64,000 bases of DNA from Schmidtea polychroa. Lineage: Eukaryota. Below the pieces are notes generated by a model. The model worked only from the letters and a program-made list of their open reading frames with translations. It was not told the DNA's origin and made no database searches. Below are positions 9,167 to 18,500 of this stretch, piece after piece. Where the stretch lies: contig CM097887.1 of assembly GCA_044892525.1 (NCBI GenBank), forward strand, positions 81,818,397 to 81,882,396, in the 5' to 3' direction. Position 1 is the stretch's first letter, and every line of letters starts with the position of its first letter. Both the position numbers and the translations under genes were made by a program.

Positions 9167-9675
9167 TTATTAAAATTCGATTGAAAATAATTAATTTTGT
9201 TTCTCATATTAATTAAAAAAAAAAAAAAACTGTCATCATTATTTATTTAAAGCATTATGAGGAATTGAATATCATTTTAATCTTGCCACTTATTAGTTTT
9301 GATAACCTAAACATGATAATAATCTTTTCAATTCATCATGAAGAGGTGGTCTGTTCTAATTTCAGATTCGATAATGATGAAAAAATTCAGCTGAAACAAG
9401 AAATCTTTGCAGAAACCTAGAATGGCGCTTAATTAATTTGGCTCTAAAACTTCTGCAAGTGTTATGCTAAGCCGGAAACGAATCTCCGATGAAATCCAAT
9501 ATGCCTGAGAAATTTCAAGAAACAAAGTGCTTTCGAGAAGAGTATTCTCCCAACCGATATAATTATCATAGAGATTTTGATCACCCAAGTGCCGACATTT
9601 CTTGAATGGCTGTTCCAAGTTGAACGTTCTCGACAGATAAAAATCCAAAAACTTGTTATATTAATAAAATTTTAT

Positions 9676-9717
9676 CTAGTAAACCAGGGGTCGTGAGTTC
9701 AATTCTCACCGAAGGCA
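9676..9717 (+). pseudogene. 3' half (nt 32-73) of interrupted tRNA-Thr
   Basis: CTAGTAAACCAG...GAAGGCA directly after the element 3' end. Confidence 0.95.
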
Positions 9718-9902
9718 ATTTTTTCCTAAATAAATTTTATCACATCAACATTAATCTTGTCTTGTCCGTTTTTGTTTCTAGTATTAGAAAAATTCCAACA
9801 AAAAATCCTATTGATTGTCCGACTTGTGTATGGGTTGGATTTTGTTTTTTTCGGTACAGAATGCCACTTTAATAATTTAAATAGAAATCTCTCAAATTGC
9901 AA

Positions 9903-9975
9903 GCCTTCGTAGCTCAGTGGTTAGAGCACTGGTCTAGTAAACCAGGGGTCGTGAGTTCAATTCTCACCGAAGGCA
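9903..9975 (+). tRNA. trnT: tRNA-Thr(AGT)
   Basis: Consensus copy. Confidence 0.97.
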
Positions 9976-10160
9976 ATTTTTTCCTAAATAAATTTTATCA
10001 CATCAACATTAATCTTGTCTTGTCCGTTTTTGTTTCTAGTATTAGAAAAATTCCAACAAAAAATCCTATTGATTGTCCGACTTGTGTATGGGTTGGATTT
10101 TGATTTTTTCGGTACAGAATGTTACTTTATAGATTTAAATAGAAATCTCTCAAATTGCAA

Positions 10161-10233
10161 GCCTTCGTAGCTCAGTGGTTAGAGCACTGGTCTAGTAAAC
10201 CAGGGGTCGTGATTTCAATTCTCACCGAAGGCA
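10161..10233 (+). tRNA. trnT: tRNA-Thr(AGT) variant G53T (T stem/box B damaged)
   Basis: GTGATTTCAATT instead of GTGAGTTCAATT (10213). Confidence 0.7.
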
Positions 10234-10418
10234 ATTTTTTCCTAAATAAATTTTATCACATCAACATTAATCTTGTCTTGTCCGTTTTTGTTTCTAGTAT
10301 TAGAAAAATTCCAACAAAAAATCCTATTGATTATCCGACTTGTGTATGGGTTGGATTTTGATTTTTTCGGTACAGAATGCCACTTTATAGATTTAAATAG
10401 AAATCTCTCAAATTGCAA

Positions 10419-10491
10419 GCCTTCGTAGCTCAGTGGTTAGAGCACTGGTCTAGTAAACCAGGGGTCGTGAGTTCAATTCTCACCGAAGGCA
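10419..10491 (+). tRNA. trnT: tRNA-Thr(AGT)
   Basis: Consensus copy. Confidence 0.97.
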
Positions 10492-10676
10492 ATTTTTTCC
10501 TAAATAAATTTTATCACATCAACATTAATCTTGTCTTGTCCGTTTTTGTTTCTAGTATTAGAAAAATTCCAACAAAAAATCCTATTGATTGTCCGACTTG
10601 TGTATGGGTTGGATTTTGATTTTTTCGGTACAGAATGTTACTTTATAGATTTAAATAGAAATCTCTCAAATTGCAA

Positions 10677-10749
10677 GCCTTCGTAGCTCAGTGGTTAGAG
10701 CACTGGTCTAGTAAACCAGGGGTCGTGAGTTCAATTCTCACCGAAGGCA
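10677..10749 (+). tRNA. trnT: tRNA-Thr(AGT)
   Basis: Consensus copy. Confidence 0.97.
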
Positions 10750-10934
10750 ATTTTTTCCTAAATAAATTTTATCACATCAACATTAATCTTGTCTTGTCCG
10801 TTTTTGTTTCTAGTATTAGAAAAATTCCAACAAAAAATCCTATTGATTGTCCGACTTGTGTATGGGTTGGATTTTGATTTTTTCGGTACAGAATGCCACT
10901 TTATAGATTTAAATAGAAATCTCTCAAATTGCAA

Positions 10935-11007
10935 GCCTTCGTAGCTCAGTGGTTAGAGCACTGGTCTAGTAAACCAGGGGTCGTGAGTTCAATTCTCACC
11001 GAAGGCA
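10935..11007 (+). tRNA. trnT: tRNA-Thr(AGT)
   Basis: Consensus copy. Confidence 0.97.
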
Positions 11008-11192
11008 ATTTTTTCCTAAATAAATTTTATCACATCAACATTAATCTTGTCTTGTCCGTTTTTGTTTCTCGTATTAGAAAAATTCCAACAAAAAATCCTA
11101 TTGATTGTCCGACTTGTGTATGGGTTGGATTTTGATTTTTTCGGTACAGAATGCCACTTTATAGATTTAAATAGAAATCTCTCAAATTGCAA

Positions 11193-11265
11193 GCCTTCGT
11201 AGCTCAGTGGTTAGAGCACTGGTCTAGTAAACCAGGGGTCGTGAGTTCAATTCTCACCGAAGGCA
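11193..11265 (+). tRNA. trnT: tRNA-Thr(AGT)
   Basis: Consensus copy. Confidence 0.97.
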
Positions 11266-11450
11266 ATTTTTTCCTAAATAAATTTTATCACATCAACATT
11301 AATCTTGTCTTGTCCGTTTTTGTTTCTAGTATTAGAAAAATTCCAACAAAAAATCCTATTGATTGTCCGACTTGTGTATGGGTTGGATTTTGTTTTTTTC
11401 GGTACAGAATGCCACTTTAATAATTTAAATAGAAATCTCTCAAATTGCAA

Positions 11451-11523
11451 GCCTTCGTAGCTCAGTGGTTAGAGCACTGGTCTAGTAAACCAGGGGTCGT
11501 GAGTTCAATTCTCACCGAAGGCA
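11451..11523 (+). tRNA. trnT: tRNA-Thr(AGT)
   Basis: Consensus copy. Confidence 0.97.
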
Positions 11524-11708
11524 ATTTTTTCCTAAATAAATTTTATCACATCAACATAAATCTTGTCTTGTCCGTTTTTGTTTCTAGTATTACAAAAATT
11601 CCAACAAAAAATCCTATTGATTGTCCGACTTGTGTATGGGTTGGATTTTGATTTTTTCGGTACAGAATGCCACTTTATAGATTTAAATAGAAATCTCTCA
11701 AATTGCAA

Positions 11709-11781
11709 GCCTTCGTAGCTCAGTGGTTAGAGCACTGGTCTAGTAAACCAGGGGTCGTGAGTTCAATTCTCACCGAAGGCA
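11709..11781 (+). tRNA. trnT: tRNA-Thr(AGT)
   Basis: Consensus copy. Confidence 0.97.
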
Positions 11782-11966
11782 ATTTTTTCCTAAATAAATT
11801 TTATCACATCAACATTAATCTTGTCTTGTCCGTTTTTGTTTCTAGTATTAGAAAAATTCCAACAAAAAATCCTATTGATTGTCCGACTTGTGTATGGGTT
11901 GGATTTTGTTTTTTTCGGTACAGAATGCCACTTTAATAATTTAAATAGAAATCTCTCAAATTGCAA

Positions 11967-12039
11967 GCCTTCGTAGCTCAGTGGTTAGAGCACTGGTCTA
12001 GTAAACCAGGGGTCGTGAGTTCAATTCTCACCGAAGGCA
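11967..12039 (+). tRNA. trnT: tRNA-Thr(AGT)
   Basis: Consensus copy. Confidence 0.97.
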
Positions 12040-12224
12040 ATTTTTTCCTAAATAAATTTTATCACATCAACATAAATCTTGTCTTGTCCGTTTTTGTTTC
12101 TAGTATTAGAAAAATTCCAACAAAAAATCCTATTGATTGTCCGACTTGTGTATGGGTTGGATTTTGATTTTTTCGGTACAGAATGCCACTTTATAGATTT
12201 AAATAGAAATCTCTCAAATTGCAA

Positions 12225-12297
12225 GCCTTCGTAGCTCAGTGGTTAGAGCACTGGTCTAGTAAACCAGGGGTCGTGAGTTCAATTCTCACCGAAGGCA
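12225..12297 (+). tRNA. trnT: tRNA-Thr(AGT)
   Basis: Consensus copy. Confidence 0.97.
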
Positions 12298-12482
12298 ATT
12301 TTTTCCTAAATAAATTTTATCACATCAACATTAATCTTGTCTTGTCCGTTTTTGTTTCTAGTATTAGAAAAATTCCAACAAAAAATCCTATTGATTGTCC
12401 GACTTGTGTATGGGTTGGATTTTGATTTTTTCGGTACAGAATGTTACTTTATAGATTTAAATAGAAATCTCTCAAATTGCAA

Positions 12483-12555
12483 GCCTTCGTAGCTCAGTGG
12501 TTAGAGCACTGGTCTAGTAAACCAGGGGTCGTGAGTTCAATTCTCACCGAAGGCA
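12483..12555 (+). tRNA. trnT: tRNA-Thr(AGT)
   Basis: Consensus copy. Confidence 0.97.
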
Positions 12556-12740
12556 ATTTTTTCCTAAATAAATTTTATCACATCAACATTAATCTTGTCT
12601 TGTCCGTTTTTGTTTCTCGTATTAGAAAAATTCCAACAAAAAATCCTATTGATTTTCCGACTTGTGTATGGGTTGGATTTTGATTTTTTCGGTACAGAAT
12701 GCCACTTTATAGATTTAAATAGAAATCTCTCAAATTGCAA

Positions 12741-12813
12741 GCCTTCGTAGCTCAGTGGTTAGAGCACTGGTCTAGTAAACCAGGGGTCGTGAGTTCAATT
12801 CTCACCGAAGGCA
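12741..12813 (+). tRNA. trnT: tRNA-Thr(AGT)
   Basis: Consensus copy. Confidence 0.97.
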
Positions 12814-12998
12814 ATTTTTTCCTAAATAAATTTTATCACATCAACATTAATCTTGTCTTGTCCGTTTTTGTTTCTAGTATTAGAAAAATTCCAACAAAAA
12901 ATCCTATTGATTGTCCGACTTGTGTATGGGTTGGATTTTGTTTTTTTCGGTACAGAATGCCACTTTAATAATTTAAATAGAAATCTCTCAAATTGCAA

Positions 12999-13071
12999 GC
13001 CTTCGTAGCTCAGTGGTTAGAGCACTGGTCTAGTAAACCAGGGGTCGTGAGTTCAATTCTCACCGAAGGAA
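12999..13071 (+). tRNA. trnT: tRNA-Thr(AGT) variant C72A
   Basis: CGAAGGAA end (13070). Confidence 0.75.
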
Positions 13072-13256
13072 ATTTTTTCCTAAATAAATTTTATCACATC
13101 AACATAAATCTTGTCTTGTCCGTTTTTGTTTCTAGTATTACAAAAATTCCAACAAAAAATCCTATTGATTGTCCGACTTGTGTATGGGTTGGATTTTGAT
13201 TTTTTCGGTACAGAATGCCACTTTATAGATTTACATAGAAATCTCTCAAATTGCAA

Positions 13257-13277
13257 GCCTTCGTAGCTCAGTGGTTA
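13257..13277 (+). pseudogene. 5' half of tRNA-Thr interrupted by copy 2
   Basis: nt 1-21 then ATG. Confidence 0.95.
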
Positions 13278-15554
13278 ATGGAAAAACACACAACGATGAT
13301 GCAATCGCCTACGAATGAATTACTCATCAATCTCAATCAAAAATTACCGAATTTTGGATTACTCAATTGCAAAATTGCAAAATCTTCAATCATGTCTATG
13401 TTGAAATCTCAAATTCAACAATCTCAAGCTATTTTGGACCTGATTTCAAAAGATTCTGAAGAACCTTCAATTCTGGAACCGGTTGAATCAATTAAAGAAA
13501 TGCCAGAAGATTCTTTGGAATGCTCAAAGGAAAAGATGCCACTCCTTTTAAATTTGCCTTTTCCAATTGAGGAAAGATTTCAGATACTGGAGAAGTCTAT
13601 CGAATCTATATCTGGTAGGATTGATTTGATTTCTAATTTTCTTAATGTTAATAATAATGACAATAATAAAAACTTTTTTATTAAAAATTTAAAAGTAAAT
13701 AATATTTCAAATAAGCATCTTCCTGTAATTTCTAACACTAAACCTGAAATTAATTCAAACTACTCTTCTAAATTAGTGGATAGTTCCGATAAATTGAAGG
13801 CGCCTTTTGTTGATGTTGAAATAGAGAAGTCGAAAACTCTGCATGTGGATTATAAGGGAAGTAATACTGCGTTTAAAGAGGATAATGATATAGATAGATC
13901 AACTCGTATTTTGACAAAAAAAGAACGAGCTAATTTTTTGAAGAGCTTTCCAAAGTTTATTAATTTAATCAAATTAGGTGAATCAAAATTTAAAGAGAAT
14001 TTAATTAATTATGAACTTAATTTAATAACTAAATCAAAATTAAACTTTAATATTAATAATTTTGAAAAGTTATATTTTGAAAATGGAAAGTTTTTTATTT
14101 CTATTTATAACAAAAATGGAATGAGACCTGAGGTTAGGAATATGAAAGCTTTAATAAAACCTAAAATTATCTCTAGCAGTGGCCGAATTTTAAATAAAAC
14201 TTTTATTTCAAGTTTAATTCGTACTGACAACAATTATAGTAAAATCTCTGCTTCTTTAGCAATTAAGAAATTTTTATTTGCATTTTCTGACAAATTAGCT
14301 GCAACTGTTTCCATTAAAAATATTAATCAAAAGGGCTCTGTCATTAATAAAGAATTAGATTTACTAAAAAAAGAAAATAAACTTCCACAATTTTTAATAA
14401 ATTCAGATATTAAATATCTAAATGGGGAATTTGTAATAAATGACATATTCAGTCCTTCAGAATCTCAAAATGAAGTTGTGAATCGCAGAGAGTTGTCTAG
14501 ATCACAATTAAATCAATTATTTAAAAGTCATCCAGAGCTGAAAGAGATGTGTTTTGTTGAAAACTCATCTAAATGTGCATCAAAATTGACTAATTTGTTA
14601 CATAATTTAAAATTAAATAATAACTTTCTTGAGAATATTGAGTTTGATTCAGGAAGGTTTTTCAAATCTAAAGAAACTGTAAATAATGAATCAATTGGTG
14701 CGTCTGACATCATGTTTAACTTGGGACTGCTCAACTTCATTGACATTTCTAAGAAAAATGATGATTTTAAGGAACTTCTACTTTCAACTTCTTCTCCTCA
14801 AAAGCTGGTTGATTTGATCTTTACGATAAATTATAAAATCTTGACGAAGGACATCAACTACTTGAACAATATTACCTATGGAAATTATGTCATGAATTAT
14901 TTTATAAATATTTTACTTTTACACTCTGTAGCTGATCTTGAAACTTGTGAATCTCTCACAATTGACGACTTTGATTATTGGAGCGCTGACATGATAGAAA
15001 AAATTCCTTCTTCGTCATATTACTCTCAAAGTTGCAAGGAAAAGTTACTTAAATATAGGCAGTGGAAACTAGAGGGGGAAGTTGATAAACTAAGAAATAT
15101 TATTTCGCCTGAGACAATTAATGTTGTTAATAAATTTTTGATTTCATCGGATGACTCTAATAAATCTATTAAGGAAGCAACTTTGAGTTTAGATGAACAA
15201 ATGGACAAAATTAATACATTTAAACTAGGCGACAATGACCCAGACATTTTGAAATCTAAGCGGTTACTATACTTTATTTTGAGAGACAAGAAGTTGTTTC
15301 TAAGAAATAACAGCAAAATCTTCCAATTACCTATGACATGCAAAAAAATATGCACTCCAAAAATGTCATTATGTATTCATGAACTCTTGGACTTTCTTAA
15401 GGGGATAGAAAATCATTCATCTCCGATCTTTCCTACAATAGTTGACTCTCCATTGGTTATTGAATCACTTCCAACTGATATAGACGCTGAGACGGATACA
15501 ATAAAATCTCGTACTCGAAATGGTCGAAGAAGAGCGTTATCCGATTCTAAATGA
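13278..15554 (+). CDS. ORF1 haplotype B, 758 aa, unknown function
   Basis: Long ORF from the junction ATG (MEKHTT) to TGA; coiled-coil-like N-terminal segment, basic C-terminus (KSRTRNGRRR). Confidence 0.9.
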   Translation: MEKHTTMMQSPTNELLINLNQKLPNFGLLNCKIAKSSIMSMLKSQIQQSQAILDLISKDSEEPSILEPVESIKEMPEDSLECSKEKMPLLLNLPFPIEERFQILEKSIESISGRIDLISNFLNVNNNDNNKNFFIKNLKVNNISNKHLPVISNTKPEINSNYSSKLVDSSDKLKAPFVDVEIEKSKTLHVDYKGSNTAFKEDNDIDRSTRILTKKERANFLKSFPKFINLIKLGESKFKENLINYELNLITKSKLNFNINNFEKLYFENGKFFISIYNKNGMRPEVRNMKALIKPKIISSSGRILNKTFISSLIRTDNNYSKISASLAIKKFLFAFSDKLAATVSIKNINQKGSVINKELDLLKKENKLPQFLINSDIKYLNGEFVINDIFSPSESQNEVVNRRELSRSQLNQLFKSHPELKEMCFVENSSKCASKLTNLLHNLKLNNNFLENIEFDSGRFFKSKETVNNESIGASDIMFNLGLLNFIDISKKNDDFKELLLSTSSPQKLVDLIFTINYKILTKDINYLNNITYGNYVMNYFINILLLHSVADLETCESLTIDDFDYWSADMIEKIPSSSYYSQSCKEKLLKYRQWKLEGEVDKLRNIISPETINVVNKFLISSDDSNKSIKEATLSLDEQMDKINTFKLGDNDPDILKSKRLLYFILRDKKLFLRNNSKIFQLPMTCKKICTPKMSLCIHELLDFLKGIENHSSPIFPTIVDSPLVIESLPTDIDAETDTIKSRTRNGRRRALSDSK

Positions 15555-15560
15555 AAATGT

Positions 15561-18500
15561 GTGCCTGCATCAGTGAAAATATCTGCTCCGTTCTCATATG
15601 AAACTGATGCAGAATGCACAAATAAACTTTCTGAAATTGACCGAACACGCTGGTTTACTGATGATGAAATTGATTATTTCCTTCTACATCATATCAATAA
15701 TCCAATGTTTACCTTTATAAGATGTTTCATTGTTAGTATCTTATGTTCTGATATTGCTGAAAATGTTGTTGATCTTCCCAAAGCTATTTTTGAAGCTCAA
15801 GTAATTCTATGTCCACTCAACATTAACAACTCACATTGGGTCTTGTTTGTTTATTGTAAATCTTCATTAACTTCTTATTTTATCGATCCGATCTTGAAGA
15901 ATAGAAATAGATTAGTAAATAAGGAGAGAGCTGTTAAAATAAACAATGTATTAAATTGTACTTTCAATCTTGATTCATTAATAATTGAACACCCGTATAA
16001 AGATCTTGTTTATCAAGATAATAATTACGATTGTGGTCCTTTCATTTGCGGTTATGCGATGATTGTATCGCAAGAATGGAGCTCAATTCCTAATACGTTT
16101 GTCGAATACATTAGGAAACAATTGTTTCACTGTCAATCTATTTCTACTGTATCAGGAGGTGGCTTATCTAAAAATCATTTTCTCAATAAAATCAACTTCA
16201 AAAAGGCAATAAAACCTAAAAGCAAACCCATTATGAATGTCAAAATTATAAACCCTAATAATGAGAAAGCTTGTGTCTCATCTCTGATAAGCAAATGGTA
16301 CGAAAAATATCCAAGTATATTAGTTCTTTCTCCCGAAATAACAAATAGTTTAATCAGTCAAAATGATAATTTTATAATTGAAAATATTACATTTTTGCAA
16401 TTTAGAAACGTTGATCATATAATTTGTATAATTCCTAACGATAATTGCTGGTGTCTATTGTTTTGCTCAGTCAAATATGGACATAGTTATCTTTTTGATC
16501 TTAAACCTGGTTCGATTACTGAAAGATTGATAGGAATTTGTGAAAATATTACCGATTATTTGAATAAATTTACTCTAAATAAAAAGGTTTATTTTGAAAA
16601 GAATCAAAATGCTTTTCGTTTAAAAATTTCATCTGAAGATCCGTTTGAATATGCAGTTGGGTACATTGCCTTCTTAGAAAAATATCTTTTTAATAGAATA
16701 TTTGATAGAGATTATGTGATTAAAACTCTCAAACATATGAATGTGCAGCAGGCAATTGAAATTAACAAAAATTTAAATTTAATTAATTGCAAAATTACTG
16801 ATAAAATTATAACTAATTTTTTTAATAACTTGAAACATTCCTCAGATTTTATTTTACTTAATAATACAATGTGCACTGCAATTTATGAAGACTGTACTCA
16901 ATATCTGAAAGATTTTTTAAATATTGAGCATTTGATAAAAGCACAGGTTATTTTTTGTATTATGGCCCCTCCTAAAGCTCAAGAAATATTGTTTGTCATT
17001 GACTATAAAACTGATGAGCATTACTTTCTCAATCCCTCAACTTTAATTACTAATTTTAATTATTTATTTACTAGTCAAACTTTGTTGCATAAAATCAACG
17101 AAATTAGAGAATCGGCCGGTTGTTGTATAAAATCTGGTAATATTCCGCATGATGTTCGTGGTTCTGGCCTTGTGAGTCGTGTACTCATTTGTGCTTTTAT
17201 AAAAAACTATATTTCTGATTTATCTTTAGAGAACCTCAATTTATTTGATATAGGCAGTGTAATTACTTCTTTGTTACCTCCAATAACGGAAACGATCAAG
17301 GTTTCGAAAAAAGACTTAAATGTAAAAAAAGAAATTGAAAAACCTTCTTTGGAGCGTCGAATTGAGAAAATTAATCTCCTTTTATCAAATTTAGAAAACA
17401 GCAACGTTAATGAAATCTGTAAGATAATCATTGACAATTCATTGCGTCAAAGATCAGATGACAAAACTATGATTCGTAGACCTTATCTGGGAAATAAACC
17501 TTCTTACGACAAACCTGACAAAAATATACTAATATCTGGCTTCCTATCTAATATGAAATTGACAGTGAATAAAATACTGGCTGATGAGAAAATTGATGAA
17601 AGACCTTCAATAACTGACTACATTTCTAATTTCACTCATTCTGATCCTGTCATTAAATCTTACGATAAAGTGTTTAATTTCTGTCTGAGTTCTTTGTCAA
17701 CTCTAGTTCTGAATCTAATTTCCACTGAAGATGTAAAGTTTGAAATTAAAAAAGCAGACAACACTTCTCCTGGACTTGATGATATCAAGTATAAAGATTT
17801 ATCTATTTTTGATCCTGAATACAAATTATTGACATTTTTCTTTAACAAAATAATAGTCGATAAAAATGTTCCAGAATGTTTAAAATCTTTCAAAACAATT
17901 ATGATTCCGAAGCCTGATAAAGGTGACAAGTACACTTTAGTTTCTTCATGGCGACCAATAGCTCTATTGTCAGTCATTTACAAAGTGTTTGCGTCAGTGT
18001 TAGCTAGTCGTTTGACCAGTTGGGTGAAGGTCAATAATTTACTACACATTGGTCAGAAAGGAGGCTCAATCCACGACGGATGTGTTGAACATAACTCTGT
18101 TCTTTCTTCCTGCTTGGAACACTCAAAATACAGTAAAAACACTCCAATTGCTATAGCCTGGCTTGATATTAAAGACGCCTTTGGCAGTGTCCCTCGTGAT
18201 TACATGTGGAAAATCCTGCGTCGCGTTGGAGTCAGTGAGGAATTCACCAACATCTTGAAGCTGTTATATACCGATACAAGTTCTTTCTACACTTGTGGTC
18301 CAATTATTACACCAAACATTGCCATTAAACAGGGTGTCAAACAAGGATGCCCTATTTCAATGATTTTGTTTGCAATTGCGATAAATCCTGTTCTTGAATC
18401 TGTTAGTCAATCAAATGTGAAACCTTTCAAAATTGCTGGATCTTCGGTTCAAGTTCTTGCATATGCTGATGACATTGCACTTGTTGCAAATAATGTTTCC

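Larger units (their letters stand above)
2410..9675 (+). mobile_element. tRNA-Thr-specific RLE non-LTR retrotransposon, copy 1 (divergent ORF1 haplotype A), 7266 bp
   Basis: Bounded by tRNA nt 21 and nt 31/32; encodes Ulp1-like protease, RT, CCHC and RLE. Confidence 0.96.
9676..13277 (+). repeat. Tandem tRNA-Thr array block 2 (3' half, 13 full genes, 5' half)
   Basis: 258-bp periodicity. Confidence 0.98.

Noticed and set aside
9441-9447. GCTCTAA in the 3' UTR, complementary to tRNA TTAGAGC at the deleted target segment
   Set aside because: It is only 7 nt, expected by chance in a 500-nt AT-rich UTR, and it can pair locally instead.
9370-9510. Hammerhead-like cores (TGATGA...GAAAC, CCGATGA) in the 3' UTR
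   Set aside because: There is no CUGANGA core with a proper stem II and flanking stems.
9433-9648. Minus-strand 71-aa ORF in the 3' UTR, open in all 7 complete copies
   Set aside because: It is short with no recognisable motif, and it is retained simply because the copies are nearly identical. Only ribosome or peptide evidence would revive it.
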